The notes under the pieces were generated by a model. It worked only from the letters and a program-made list of their open reading frames with translations, was not told where the DNA came from and ran no database searches. Both the position numbers and the translations under genes were made by a program. Source: Calcarisporiella thermophila CBS 279.70 (taxonomy: Eukaryota > Fungi > Calcarisporiellomycota). From it: DNA of 64,000 nucleotides. Positions within the stretch are counted from its first letter, which is position 1. Every line of letters starts with the position of its first letter. Shown here piece after piece: positions 25,397 through 39,494 of the stretch. The DNA is taken from the NCBI RefSeq assembly GCF_041956535.1, contig NW_027192194.1:878009-942008 (forward strand), read 5' to 3'.

Positions 25397-26181
25397 ATGT
25401 GTACGTCGATGTTGCAAAATCTTACGTGATTTGTTTACTAAAATGTGAATCATTTTGGAAAAAAATAATAGGCGCCCAAGTTCAGAAACCCGCTCCCTTC
25501 TTCAAGGGTACTGCTGTAGTCGACGGCGAGTTCAAGACCATCTCCCTCGATGACTTCAAGGGCAAGTACCTCGTTCTTTTCTTCTACCCTCTCGACTTCA
25601 CCTTCGTGTGCCCTACCGAGATTGTGGCCTTCTCCGACTCCATTGAGGAATTCAAGAAGCGCGATGTTAATGTTGTTGCATGCTCTGTTGACTCCGAATT
25701 CTCACACCTTGCTTGGTAACTACACATCTCTCTCTATGATAAAGAACTGCTCAGCTTAACAGAGCCCTTACATAGGATCAACACTCCTCGCAAGGAGGGA
25801 GGTCTTGGCGAGATGAAGATCCCGATTCTTTCTGACATCACCAAGAAGGTATCCCGTGACTACGGCGTCCTCATTGAGGATGCTGGAGTCTCCCTCCGTG
25901 GTCTCTTCATCATCGACCCCAACGGCATTGTCCGCCAGATCACCATCAATGACTTGCCTGTTGGCCGCAATGTCCAGGAGATCCTTCGTCTTATTGATGC
26001 CTTTAAGTTCACTGATGAGCACGGTGAGGTTTGGTGCGTATCATTGAATTGACCCCTTTTTTTTGCAAATGGAAATTGATATAATTTTGTTTTTTATAGC
26101 CCTGCCAACTGGAACGCTGGCTCTGCCACCATGAAGGCCAACCCCAAGGACTCGAAGGAGTACTTTGCCAAGCAGGCTTAA
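25397..26181 (+). CDS. TSA1: Typical 2-Cys peroxiredoxin
   Basis: [18 protein letters not shown], spliced GEVC|PANW and YF motif. First exon is 4 nt (ATGT). Confidence 0.95.
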
Positions 26182-26493
26182 GCTCCAAGCTACTTAAAAT
26201 ATAGATTTTTCTTTATATCATCTTAGAATGTCATTACACTAAGTTCTATATGTCTTTGTTTCAAAGAAGACAAAAAGGTTATAGATAAAAGCATAATTGA
26301 ACAATTGGGCACATTGGTTAGAATAGTTGGAATGAAGAGCTTGAATCCAAATGTTCAGATTTTTCAGCATATTTAAATCTATCAGAATTCGCAGAGATCC
26401 TTATTGCAGTCACATAGATAGTTACACAAAGTGTAAAGAAGCGTGGGATTTAGCCCGAAAACTCTCCTTCACTCTCTCCGCAATTTACCAGAC

Positions 26494-28284
26494 ATGTTAG
26501 CGAATCATTACCTCCGTACGTGTCTGCGACTCTCTTACAGTAGACAGCATGTTCGTACCCTGTATCAGTCCACTACCAAAAACAGTGCATCTGCCGCACC
26601 TCTACTCTCTCCGATGCCCCCAGAGTCACCCCCACTAGCGCAAATTCCCACTCGGCTTCGAGTTATTCAACAAGTAAAGCGCCCTTGGTCTGGGTGGATA
26701 CCCCTCTCCGTGACGATTCTTCCTGAAAGCAAAACGCGCACCTTTCGATATGAAAATTCCCAATGTGAGCCGTTATACTCCCGATGGCAACCTCGGAAGA
26801 TTATTTCTCTTTTTTTACCTAAACACCATAACTCAGTCATACCTCAGTACTGGGGATTTATTCGTTGGCAATTTTTGCATAACGTAGCTGGGGCCGCGAC
26901 TGGAGGTAAGAGGCAGCTCTAACTATTGTTGGCGAATATAAGCACAACTTAATTGACAATTCCAGAACTTATTTCATTATCCTTTTTTAGTACTTTCGAC
27001 ACAATCATTATTGTACGCGATTGGGCTCGGGGCAGGATCCATTCCTGTAAATTAGGAGAAATTATCGAAATTATAGTGGTTTGAATTCTAATGATTTGTT
27101 CATTAGCTTGCAGCTGCTTTAAATTGGGTCATCAAAGATGGGCTTGGACAACTCGGAGGAGTAGTCTATGCATCCTTCATTAATGATCGGTTTGATTCAG
27201 AACCGAAACGATACCGATGGCATGCCACCGTCGCAATGCAATGTGCTAGCTTACTTGAGATGCTTACTCCGTTATGTCCGGGTGCTTTTCTGCTACTGGC
27301 TTCTATATCCAATATTGGTAATTGAAACGGAAAGTCTGAACATTTTGTCTGATAGTTCTTGCTCAATTATTTGTTCTTTATTCCTGTTTTATAGCCAAAA
27401 ATATGGCATGGTTAGCAAGCTCCGCGACCCGTGCCCAAATGCACAAATCTTTTATGCTTAGAGACAAGTAAATCTTTTTCTTTTCAATTGAAAACGCATG
27501 CTATATTAATAGATTGGCATCTTCCTCTAGCCTGGGTGATATTACTGCAAAAGCAGGGTCACAAAGCACGGCCGCTGGTCTTTTGGGTACCGGCCTTGGC
27601 ATTTTCATATCTGCTGGAATCACAATGGCCTCATCCCACTTTTTAATCCAAAACGAAACGCAAACTCTGATCGCGCTTTTCGCTGCGTTCGTTCCGCTTT
27701 CAACCTATACCTTATATGCAAACTATAAATCGAGCCTCCACGTTATTACCCCTACTCTCAACATTCCCCGCACAGAAATAATTTTCCACAGGGTATTATC
27801 ACAAATCTTTGACGAGAGGCTTAATAATCCCAAAGAAGTAGCGAGAGCAGTTTTGACACCGGTCGAGGTTGCGAAGAGAGAATGTTTCGTAAAGCGCTAT
27901 AAGACCCCCTTCTCCAGGATAGTTAAAATTCAATCCCCTCTAAACGAGGTGCCAAACTCGGAAGAACTCATCTGCGCTATACGTCAAGAGAATCTCGAGC
28001 AAAATGAAAAATATTATTTGCTTTTGTCTAACCAGGCCGTTCGCTTGTGGTTTACGGACGATGCGACTTCATTAGATATTATTAAAGGATTCTACCACAG
28101 CTGTGTTTTGCGGTTTGCCAAGGAAAAGATAGAAGGTGAAGAGGCCATTGCTGCGCATAGATGGGTGAATGAGACTTTTCCTCCATTGATACGCGAGCTG
28201 GTCGCTCGAGGATGGGATGTTGAATCGTTATTTTTGATTGAAAACGACCGAGGAAGTCTTAGGATAGAATCAGATTATAGTTAG
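26494..28284 (+). CDS. RUS1/DUF647 family protein
   Basis: LFLP..SV..QY..FIRWQ, VLSTQSLLYAIGLG, AAALNWVIKDGLGQLGG, RFDSEPKRYR and GDITAKAGSQ. Confidence 0.85.
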
Positions 28285-28999
28285 AGAGGAAAGCCTATGG
28301 CAAGCCCTTGCTTCACTTATTCCCTATTAGATTCATCTTATGAGGCTCCCTCTGGGCTACCAATTGTAATTGCATTTATTTCTTTAAATGTATAGCGACC
28401 CAAAATCAACGCCTCTCCGTCAATAGAAGGGATACATTACCCCAAGTCAACCAATAAATAGAATACTTTAAGTCATATATAAATAACCATGTGATAACTG
28501 GGGATATTGTAACGGGCATAAGAAGAAAACTAAGATGAATTCCACGAATGTATTAATGCTGCATTCACAGTAAAAGCTATCATGCTTCATCGAGCGAATT
28601 CCACAGGAGAAAAGTACGACGACATCACCAATCATGATAGATTCCAACAAGGGATATAAAGTAGAGTGCATCTTAGACCACAGAAAGCTTTAGAGGTATG
28701 AAAGAGTACCCTCATGACAGGTAATAGCGCTTAGGTATCTAGATGAAAATATAAGAAATACCATATTAAAATTTATTTTCCAGGGAAATAGCTCCCGATT
28801 CATAACAAGCTAATGGCATTGATAAAACAGGGAATTATCAAAATGAGAAGACTTGTTTATTATATATATAAATTTATATATAAAATAGATTTTAAGGTTA
28901 AAATTTTACAAGGGATTAAACTAATTAAAAGCTAGATATTTCTTGAAAAATTGGAATAATCCTCCATAGGGATTGGCTCGTCTATGCGCGTGGAGACTG

Positions 29000-31900
29000 T
29001 CAAAGGTCCATCTTGTGGAAAGATGCACTTTTTGATGTTGAAGATTTAGAAGAATTTGAAGCGGAGGATTCCTTATTTACCAAGGTCCTCCTAGGGGGGA
29101 TTACAAACTGAGGACGACTGACTCGTTCCCACTCACACCATCGTTTCATCACCACTGTTTCCGCCTTCTCCCTGTGATCTACCGGTTCCGATGGATCCTC
29201 ACAGCTGGTCCGCGAGTCCCTTCGTACATCCCTCACAATTTTCTCGTTCTCGCTAACCATACGTGTCTGCCCCCAGGAGAAATCGTCAAAATGCCAAAAT
29301 GCATATACCGGGAGAATAAAATTCCACACAGGGAGGGAAAGGAGGTAGATGAACATCCACGCAACATACATGAGTTTACGACTGCTCATGACGATGAGAA
29401 CTGCAGGAAGTCCCAAAATTGCACCGAGCAACAGTAGTGGGATGACAGGTGGAGGGTAGGTGAATGCAGAGGCCACAATGAGGTAGAATGTAAAGCAAAT
29501 TGCGGCAGGCAAAACAACCGTTCCGATCAGCTCGAGGAGCACTACAAATTGCATCGAAAAGCAGAAGGTGCCGCATAGATCACGTACCATCACAAGCTCA
29601 AGAAGGTTGTGCACGGTGCTATTAATCCACCTGCGACGCTGAGAGAGCAGCACGCGAAACGTATTGGGGACCACAGTCTTACATACAGATTGGGGAACAA
29701 AAATCATTTTTCGCCTCGGAAAGGTGCGAAGCATAAGCGTAGTGAGAAAGCGATCCTCTCCCAGGAGAAGCAGGTTCTTTTTGTGAAGTGTGTCGACGGC
29801 ATTTTCCGAGTAACTCACGATGATGTCTGGGTTAGCCAGCAGAGGAACCCATTGCCCTTCGCCCTTGGGCGCCTTCACACGATACATACAGAAGCACCCA
29901 GGTAAACAGGTAACACCGCCGAATACGGACTCGAAAGCTTTGTTAAGGTGATGCGAAATGTAATACTCGAACACCTGTATCATCGTCACCCAACTGTCCA
30001 TCTTATTTGCAATCCTGGTCTCCCCGCACAATCCCATGACTCGTGGATTTCGCGACATACATGCAACCATGTGCGTCAAGCTGTCTGGGTATACTTTGGT
30101 GTCAGCATCTACCATTAACACAGCCTCATATTGGTCAGGAGTAACCCCTCCCACTGCCACAAACGCATTGAAAAGCTCGTACTCAAGAGCCGTCATTCGA
30201 TCATCGAACATAACTTTCTGCAGGAAATTCATAAGGATGATTTGACTGTCCCGCTTACCACGATTGCCTGGTTTATTATCGCTTTGCTCATCTGCCGTTC
30301 CGCATTTTGCAATCAATATCATAGGCACCTTTGAACCTCCTCCCTCTTTGATATAATAGCCCGCAAATACCTTGGCTCGATTATGCCTACGTGTTCCATC
30401 CGAAACTGCGACATAAGAGCATGGCTCAACCAAGTCAGGAGAGACGACCAAATCCTGCATCATTCCCAACACAATATCAGGGGTAGGCTCATTATTACCG
30501 GACCCCGTGATAATTCCGTCTGCGATCACTACGAGCAGTTTCTGCTGATAGTCGGTTGCAGCGAGAGAGTCAAAAGTGGCACGAAGTCCTTCCCTTCCCT
30601 CGGAGTAGCAAGTTACGAGACAAATAGTGTACATGGGGCGAAAGTTAAGATTAGAGATGGTAGAGCAGCGAGCAGCTTCTGAGGAAAAGAGCTGAATAGA
30701 TGTTAACTCATCGACCGATAATCCTGGACGAGGAGACCCAAGTAAGACATTATCAGGGCTGAACGGAGGGGAGGGTAAATTCATTGTATAGTCGAGAGAA
30801 TACGCGTTTCGGGGGCGCGTGGCTGTGGTGATGGTAGAGCTACGACGTGAAAGAATATGATCAGTGGTCGAGAACACACTCAGTGCACTAAGGGAGGCAG
30901 CGGGAGGAGAGTCAGCTGTAGATAGCATCGGTGGACGACGTAGGCTATTATAAGGACGAATGGGCTCGTAGATTTTTCCTGGAGTGGAATAACGTGATCT
31001 TCTTGGTAAAAGGCTCGATCGTCTTCTTTGACTACTCGTAGAGAACAAAAGATATCGAGTTAGGATTGGTTAAACACGAAGTAAAAATAATATTAGTGAA
31101 CACATGCTTTTCAAAAGAGCTTTGAGAGCGTTCTAAATTGGGTGAAGCATTGCTCCGCGTGTCCATTGGCAAATTGAATGTGCTATTTTCCCACATTTCA
31201 ATGTCCCTTTCCCGCCCGGGACTCTTCCGGATGTTCACCAGTCTCTGGGCTAAGACCCAGCTGAAGAACAAGGCAAGGAAAAAACGTGCAAACACGACGC
31301 CAATAATAAATACTATCGAAACGTACATGATGAAGTCAGAGAGCATACATCCCACTGAGCGATTCGCCAACACCCCAATACGCACTATAGATGACATGCA
31401 GTTATTGGACTCTCTCCACCATTGCGATCTCCACAAGAAGAGAGTCGCATCGCGGCCGGCAAAGTTTGAGGCATGTGCGGTAAACTCTGCCAAGTCCGGG
31501 TTCACCGAAATATTCGGAAGAAGTCTCTGCAGACGGCTAAAATCCAACACAGCACTAATAGAAAAATAAAGTTCGTTGAGGGTTCATTCAGGGTGATATC
31601 TCGTCAAAAATCTATAGATGTAATACCCGTTATAAATAACCAAGTTCCTGTCCGACTTTAGAATATCCTCCCACTCATAATATACCTCTCCAAGCAGCTT
31701 ATATTCGGACAAGGGTCTCGAGTTTCCAGTAGCATGGCATGGATTCTTATCTGGTAAATCTTGTGCACCGTTTCTGTAGATCGAAAGTTTTGCAACTGCG
31801 CAACCAATGTATTCAAGGGCAGTTTGTGAGGTAGCGGCATCCCCAGCACACGTTTCCATAATACTGCGGGAAACAGTATCAGCAATGGTGGAGAGTTGTG

Positions 31901-32889
31901 TTTCGACGGGCTGAGTGATAAGGTCATCGAAACCATAAGCATGACCTTGGGCTATAAAATAGGATTCCCCAAGATCTGTAATCCTAATACGTGCAAGTGG
32001 CTCCTTGCACATTACTGGCTGTAAACCGAAACTGAGAAAGCCGACACATCCACAGAGCAGGATGATAATGATTATCAACGCGATTTTTTCTCTCCAAGCC
32101 CGTTGTTCCATCTGGCTACGAACTCCTGTAAAAGTGAAGAAAGTAATTAGAAAAAAGAAAAGGCGAGCCGGATAGCCGAGCAATCTAGGTACCGAAACAT
32201 CTTAGAACAGGATCCAAGGCCCAAAATGTTAAGCATGTCGAAAGAAGGTACCACCAGGACGGACATTCTCTTCTTGATTGATAGGCATTAATTCTTCTCC
32301 AACTGTTACTAGAGTTGATGTAAACTCGATTGATCTTTTCATTCCTTTCCGCACGTTGGGAAACACTCGGTTTTGGCCATACTTTACTCTCTTTAATAGC
32401 CTTCTCGGGTGAACAAGTTTGAGTTAAGTGCGGAAAAGTTGTTTCTATGGGGTGTGGGGCTGGAGCCCTATCATCTACTGTCAGAATTGCATTCACCGTC
32501 TCAAACAAGATACTCTGTGGGGTTGGGTAAGTAGGGGCTTGTTCTGAACTCATCTGGACTTCGATTTCATCCGCTGAGGTATCTGTCTTTTTCTCTGTGA
32601 TATCGACTTCAGCACCAGTTACGGGCAACACCGGCAAATTAGAATGAGAAGCCTCATGGACTGCTATCTCATCCTGAGTTTGAGGGCAAGCTTGACCATC
32701 AACTGAATCCGATTGATCCTGGATGTCAAAACGCTCAAGTGCTGACTTCCAAAGCTCTTCGATGTCCAGAAAGTTGTGCTCTTGCCTTGAGTTGAGTTCG
32801 TATTGGGGTCTCTGAGTTGGAAAAGACCCCCCTGTGTATACCGTGTCGATATTATCTGAAGTACCCTGTTTTCCATGATGTTGTGGCAT
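29000..32889 (-). CDS. Class IV chitin synthase (Chs3-like)
   Basis: [52 protein letters not shown] and [10 protein letters not shown]. Confidence 0.93.
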
Positions 32890-34605
32890 TATTTCAGACC
32901 CAAATCGATATAGCTTGCCGCCCAAACTCTTAGCTTGACGTGGGAACGCCTTGAGGAGTGCAGGATCTGATATCTCGCAATAGAGCTTTGTATTTTTGCT
33001 ATGATTGGCAGCTTGTCAACAATGAACACAGTATTGATTTCCAACAGCAAATTTCTCGGATTCACAAAGGGGATAGAAATGTTGTTAGCGGCAGTCCTCA
33101 CTACTACCGAAAAGAGTTGCCCAACAAAGCTCAAGAAATGCTAATGAAAAATAAAAAAGAATTTAATCAAATGATCATTCAATGGGGTTGATATTTGAGG
33201 TAAGACCAACTGAAATAATAGTATATTTTTAATAATGCAAGCTTTAATTTTAAGTTATGTGATAATTTTTAGGGTTCGCATTTTTTTCATTCGACACCCT
33301 TACCTTCTCAAAGAACTGTAACTACGCAGCTGCACGGATTCCACAATATACGCGATGGTCTCGAGAATAATGAAGCCGTGGCGTGCTGAGTCACTCAATC
33401 AAGCTGCAGAGGTGTTATTATTAGAGAACACTTTGCTCTAGCCACTTGGAAAAAAAAAAGTCTTACGCTTATTTAAATACTCTTCGCGAAAAGGTAGCAG
33501 CTGGTGAAAGATTGTAGAGCCAAATGGAATCTAAGCTTCCAAGTTTGATTGTAAGTGGCCTTCTGTGTTGGTTGGAGAAAATGAAGTGAAATTATTAGCA
33601 ACAGCTTAGCGACAAAGGCTAATTCACAATCTCCATGATATTCTCATTAAGCAAGAATACCTCAATTCACCAATACTTTAGGTGGCAAGACCTTCTTCAG
33701 ATGCCAGAGGTTAGACTCAGAGAAATGGGTAGCCAGGTTAAAATAAATAAATGAGCGATACCTAGTAATATAAGAACGGAGTAAGGCTGTCAAAGAAGGA
33801 GGAATAGCCAAAGCAGAAAGATAAACGAGTTACACTTGTGAAGGTTAATACCGTTTCTCTTGCATGGTATTGATTGCCAATACGTTGTCGAAGCCACACC
33901 CTATTGGCGAGTTTTCGTTTAATAATATTTTTCCGCCCTTAGTGTGGGCAGTTTCCTAATCGCGGCAAAATTAACTGCTCTGCTTATTCCAGAGAATAAT
34001 TGCGAGAGCTACCGATTTTTTATTAAAATTTGTCTAAGATTAAATTTTTCTGCATTCATATACCCACATTAGGGTTGCAATTGAAGGCAGAACACAGTAT
34101 TTCCCCGAGATTGAAACAAAACTTAGGCTTAGGTGTATGTTTTAGAGAATCCTGGCAATATAAAGGATTCTTTTAAATATCCTTAGCGATGAAAAACTGG
34201 ATCTATCTCGTGTCCCTTAGAATCCGGATTTCAAGAGATAAAATAGATTTCTACCAAGGTCATACTTTTCGCCATGAATCCATCTACAATTGCGTTAGAC
34301 GCAATGCGTTTGTATAGAATGGTCGCTGCGGAAGAGCTGACTATCTCACCCAATAGGCGGGGGTACAGCCTCTTGGCTCGAAGGAATAGGATTACCTCGG
34401 ATCTTTATTTCCAAGAAAAGTGCTGTCAAAATACATGCTAATTCAAAATTGGTATTATGAGAAAATAGCACCTAGGGAAAAAGCAAAAAAAAAAAAAATA
34501 ACTGATGATGAGGTGATTTACTACATTAATGAAGAGAGGAAAAAAAGAGGAAATTACAAAGCAAATGCAGGAAGAAAATTGCAAGATTTGTTTTCATTAG
34601 CACGT

Positions 34606-35151
34606 TCAAAAAGGAAGTTGGACCACTAGGGTTCCAAGCACCAAGATACACCACGTCATTAGATACCACGGATTTCCTCCCTCTACCACAGATGGAGCAT
34701 CGCTCGTGCGGTTCGTCCCATTGAGACTTAGGGTGTCGTTATGCCAGTTGGTTGGGAGATAGTTTTTGTTAATACAATCGGTCACACATTTGTTTTGTAC
34801 CTCGACATTAGTTTCATTGGCCTGAGTGCAGCGTGCAACACACGCCGTAGTCTGATTGATCTGATCCTCTGTTGGGCTAGGAACCCCAGCGCTATATTGC
34901 GAGAGGGGTGCGTCAAACAAGAGTGCACTCGAATATTGATGGCTACACTTAGTCAACTAAACTTACCATTGAGAGACACAATTCAGATCTTGGCCACAGC
35001 GATATTGTTCAGCACAGCTATTGACGTTGGTGGGTTTGGCTGTGCTTATCGAGGTGGGGCTGCTGGAGGAGGAGGAAGGCACTTGCGCATTCCCAGCTAT
35101 GACCAATAGGGCCAAGAGGCCGATAAATGTAAGGAGAGAAAGGTGCTTCAT
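34606..35151 (-). CDS. Secreted, probably GPI-anchored 8-Cys protein (exons 35151-34967 and 34891-34606, 156 aa)
   Basis: Signal peptide, C-x5-C-x5-C-x3-C-x16-C-x3-C-x13-C-x3-C, N-glycosylation sequons, hydrophobic C-terminus. Confidence 0.8.
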
Positions 35152-36017
35152 GGTGTAGCTTGATGCGTTAGCTTAAAATATAAAAGACGAAAAGTGCTTT
35201 TAGGGGATGAAAAAAAGAGATGTGAAAAAGCGAGCGCAAGCTCTTCAATTGCTTGCATTATTAAGTACACCGAATTTCTGTTGTCTGATGGGATGAAAAT
35301 TAAATACTGACCATATTTGAACATAATTTTCGCGATGAGAGCGTCCGCTTGATTTTCGTGTAGGTCACTGTGAGCTGCTTTCGTGTTTTATTACGACGCA
35401 TAGAATTCACATAGCGCTTTCCTCTCTCTCCCCCCACGGAATTTCCACAAAATGGCTCTACGCGCATTAAAAGGCCTCTCCGCTTCATTAGCCGAATATT
35501 CCATTATACTCCAAAAAAAGAACAATATTAGGCAGACCAAATTCATCACGTTTCCTTTGGGCTTTCTTGCGGGGAAAAAATAAATGTCCGTGGCAACTGC
35601 TCCTGCATGAGAGTAAGACAGTTCGCTCACCTGGAACTACAAGCCACTCAATATTCAAGTTATTCTGACAGCGTAATGTCTCCTTGCCCTAACTTCATGG
35701 AATAATCTTTGGGTACTAATTTGGAAGGGACGGATTGATTGAAGTTTCAATGTTGGTTTATCTTAGTTTTGTTGAACCATTTCATTATTAAATAAGAAAA
35801 AAGGAAAAAAGAAATTAAAATTGGAAAAAATAACAAAACAAGAGGCCCGAATATGGAAAAATACACTCGAAGGAATATAAGTAAAAATCAAGTAAACAAG
35901 AGATATATGTACCAAGTATATTATTAGAAAGAGAGGGGGAAGGAAGCAAGGGTTGCAGGGGTGGATGATAGAAAATATTAGAAGCATCGGAAAAGAAGGT
36001 TAAGCAAACGATGTATT

Positions 36018-37241
36018 CTAGGAATTTCTTTCACTAGACGAGGATTGCCGTCTTGCTGGTTGGCGGGATGTATTAGGATGGCCGACAAGTGAGAATCGGC
36101 ATATACAACAAGTGCCCGATGTTTTCAGCCAAGGTAGAACACAGTCTTCGTGAAAAAAGTGCTTACAAGGGAGTTCAATTATTGAGTCTCCCTCTTGATA
36201 CTCCTCTTTGCATACAGAGCACTCTTGTCCTTTTTCTGAGAGTAAAAAAAATGAAAGCGAGGTTTAGTCGAAGGAAGGGAGCTGAAGAGGTAAAAGATAG
36301 AGGTGAGGGATGAATAGGAGAATTCATACCAGCCTGCTCTTTTGTTATCTTACTCCTTGGAAGTCTCTCTATGACATCATCTGAGGCGGGGGGAGGTCTA
36401 TTGCGGTCTGCCGTTTGCTCCATCAACTGCGTGATGATCGAATCTAACTCTTCTTGACTCCAGACATAGTCTCTTCGGTTGCCGACGACATTAGCTATAT
36501 CCACAAGATGTTCGAGGAATCTTTCGAGAGGAAAGAGGCAAAAAAAAACAGGAAAATCAACCCTCGAAAATACAAAAGAGAATTAGGAAAGATAAAAGAA
36601 TTACGTGGTGAAACTGATAAGAGGGGTTCTTCCATCGTCAGTCGACTCGTTAGACGTGTAAGATTCCGCTCTCGCTAGCCGTCGATCTTCCTCCCCACCT
36701 TCCTCTAAAGCTTCTTCCCCTTGTCTATTCTGGTCATCATCCTGTCCCTCAATTATTATGGATACGGTGCCTGATGGCTCTTCACTACTCTCCTCGGGTT
36801 CCGAGTCTCGTCTCTCTGTCAATGGTCTCAATGCAGCAATCGAGTTTGGTCCAAGTAATTGCTGTAGCATGTTCTGAATTAACTCGACCATTTCAGCGGG
36901 CGTGGGTCCGACCTGTCCCTCTCCCAAGGCTTCTTCACCTTCTCTGGGATTCTCGTCATCCTCATACTCGGGTTGGGGAACGAAGTTGCGGGGATCATCT
37001 GCAGTATCAATCTTTGAAATCGCATCCAATTAAATTATTAGTCGTGATGATCCAATTTCACTATAAGCATTGTAATAAAAAGCATCGAAATTCTCTGTAC
37101 CTGTTCAACAAAATCCGAATAACAGCGAGAACAGCAAATGTTCGGAGTGTGCATAGGTGTGGTGACGGATTGACAATTGTAGCACCAGTAATCCTCACGT
37201 GGCTCTCTCGGAAGATCCGTTTGTGCTTGATCGTCGGACAT
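36018..37241 (-). CDS. RING-H2 E3 ligase, RNF126/RNF115-like
   Basis: N-terminal zinc ribbon YWCYNC..CSRCYSDFVE; DYVWSQEELDSIITQLME; RING ECSVCKEEY..LPCKHFFHEDCVLPWL..GTCCICR. Confidence 0.88.
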
Positions 37242-37805
37242 CCCCCCTTGATGTTGTTGGATTTCTTTTGTTGCTAAGATGGGCTGGAAGATAAAGAAGC
37301 CAAAGAATGAAAGCCAAGTAAAATACCTAATGGATCGCGACGCTTGAGAAAAATATAAGGGGACTAATTCTAATCTCACGTGTGGGTTCTGTGACTTATT
37401 GTCATAAGAAAGAAAAAACTCGCCACCGAGGTTTCCTAATTGAGTGCTTTAGAAACTGCGCTTGAATAACCGGGAAAAGAGCGTATCACACATCTCGTCA
37501 AGTCCAGTGATTCCAGCATGATATAGGTAAAGGGCAGATCCTGCTTCTGATTTTGTATTTTAAAAGGAAAAGAAAACAATCTAGCATAGTGGCAACTACA
37601 TAACCATCTATAAAAATAGGAAAGGCAAAATGATGCAAAGTTTTGGTCTGTTTTCAATACGCTGGAAAAACTTTGAAACATGGAATAGAGATACCTAGAA
37701 TGAATATGAACGCCGAATTTCCTAAGAATATAAAAAGAGGAATAGCTCCCTACCTGTTCGACCTTCGTATTTTGCTAGTTAGCCTATTATACTACGGCCC
37801 ATAAA

Positions 37806-38106
37806 ATGAGCGAACAAAAAATACTCACTGATATGAAGCTTATCGAGGGCGATTATGTTTCGACCATCATTCCAAGCGGATTAAAGCCCGGTGGAGAAGG
37901 GACGAGGGTTCGCCATGGTACTGTAAAGGAGATTCGCACGAGTTTTGAAAATGTAGAAGTGTTGGTGGAGTCGGAAAGAGGCGAGCAGGTAAGTTTAGAG
38001 GAGGATAATCATCCGAGTTCTATAGACTAAATGCCTAATAATTTCCACTTGTACGAACTAGTTTATAGCACGGCCTTCAGAATTAAAAAAAGAAACAGTA
38101 TCCTAA
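37806..38106 (+). CDS. Small SH3/Tudor-like protein, resembles Hva1_TUDOR (DUF2945); about 75 aa
   Basis: GDYVST..GG..RHGTVKEI..VLVESERGEQ, intron 37989-38061, then FIARPSELKKETVS*. Family call from remembered pattern only. Confidence 0.55.
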
Positions 38107-38819
38107 ATTAATAGAGTAATGGGAACCATCAAAACGGGTGATTAATATATATTCTCTATATTATTTCATCTTCACCAAGATATTTATATCTTTTGTTAAT
38201 TTGTTGGTATAATAAAATCGATTTTTTTTTTTTAAATGGACTGAAAACTTCATATTTCGAAATTATATTTTCCTTTTCGTATATCAACTATGTTTCATTG
38301 AGATAATTTCAAATTTTTTCAGTATTATTCATCTTCCCCATACGCATAATGACTATACTTTACTGACACTACTGACTAACTACCTATAAAATTCCTAAAA
38401 TTAAAAGCATTGACTTAGTATGTCTGGTTGTAATCTGACCAGAATTGCTATTGCTTTCGAATCTTGTAAGAGATTACTAGAGTGAAATACTATGGAATCT
38501 CAAAAATTTTGTAAGAAAATAACTGTTGGGTCAACGAAGAGAGCTAAGCTCCGCCCAAGTTTCGTGACGGGTTCCACACTACACACCATGTTTCTTTGGG
38601 TAATAGACATTAAGGACTTCCGGCTTCGGTGATAAGTTGCTAATAACTCTGATGGCACAAGAGCTATCAAGACATGATAAATATAAAGTTAGAGAGATCA
38701 TGTTGGACCACGTGCTGGGTCTGTGACTTTTCTTCTAACAGGTTTCCCCAGATTCGCCACCAAATTTCTCGTTAAAAGACTTTTAACCTGATATCCCTCT
38801 CCGCCGAAATATCCTTCTG

Positions 38820-39494
38820 ATGCCATCATTGAGTGATTCAAATATTCCTTTGCCAGACGCGGAGCTTGAGGTGAGTCTCAATCACTTTAATCTGTATTAT
38901 GATGGTTTGGACCTCATCAACCACTTCTTTAGGTTTTACGAAAGCAATTTCATAGAGAGGGTGAAAATGTAACCTTAACTACCAAGTTCAATTTGGCATG
39001 GGGCTTAATTAAGTCGCGGAGGTCGAATGATCAAAGGGAGGGGATGGAGCTGATGAGAGGTTTTTAAATTTTATTAGCAAGTTATTGTGCCTTTGTTTCT
39101 CCTGGTGTTTCTCAATTTTCTCTTTGTTTTCGTCACAGATATCTATGATAACGATCCTCAACGTCGCCGTGAATGCATTTATTATCTCGCCGTCGGACAT
39201 TATAAACTGGGGGAATATAGCGAGGCCCGCCATTTCGTTGATGCACTCTTACGTGATGAACCACGTAACCCACAGGCCACAGAATTGAAAAAGGCTATTG
39301 ACGATCGGGTATCGAGAGGTAATTTTCTACTCTTAATTACTATGTCTTTACTCTTTCAATTCAACTTTTTTATTGATCTCTCCTCCGCCCTCAAATTAGA
39401 TGGTATTATTGGCCTAGCCATTGTGGGCGGCTTAATAGCGGTTGTAGGGGGTGCTATCGCTGCTCTGAGGAATAGAGATCGATCGAGGTCCTGA
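38820..39494 (+). CDS. FIS1: Mitochondrial fission protein Fis1
   Basis: ELEVLRKQF, TKFNLAWGLIKS, RRRECIYYLAVGHYKLGEY, EPRNPQA; C-terminal TM plus basic tail. Confidence 0.93.

Noticed and set aside
25608-25620. Selenocysteine in the peroxiredoxin (some early-diverging fungi use Sec)
   Set aside because: The peroxidatic codon is TGC; no in-frame TGA.
33200-34600. Long intergenic stretches (also 22100-23500, 41700-42450, 50700-51600) as ncRNA or riboswitch carriers
   Set aside because: No snoRNA boxes, TPP aptamer or ribozyme core recognised by eye; an Rfam scan would be needed.
38808-38820. ATATCCTTC as a U12-type donor upstream of FIS1
   Set aside because: Imperfect consensus, no U12 branch site found, and the gene is complete from ATG 38820.
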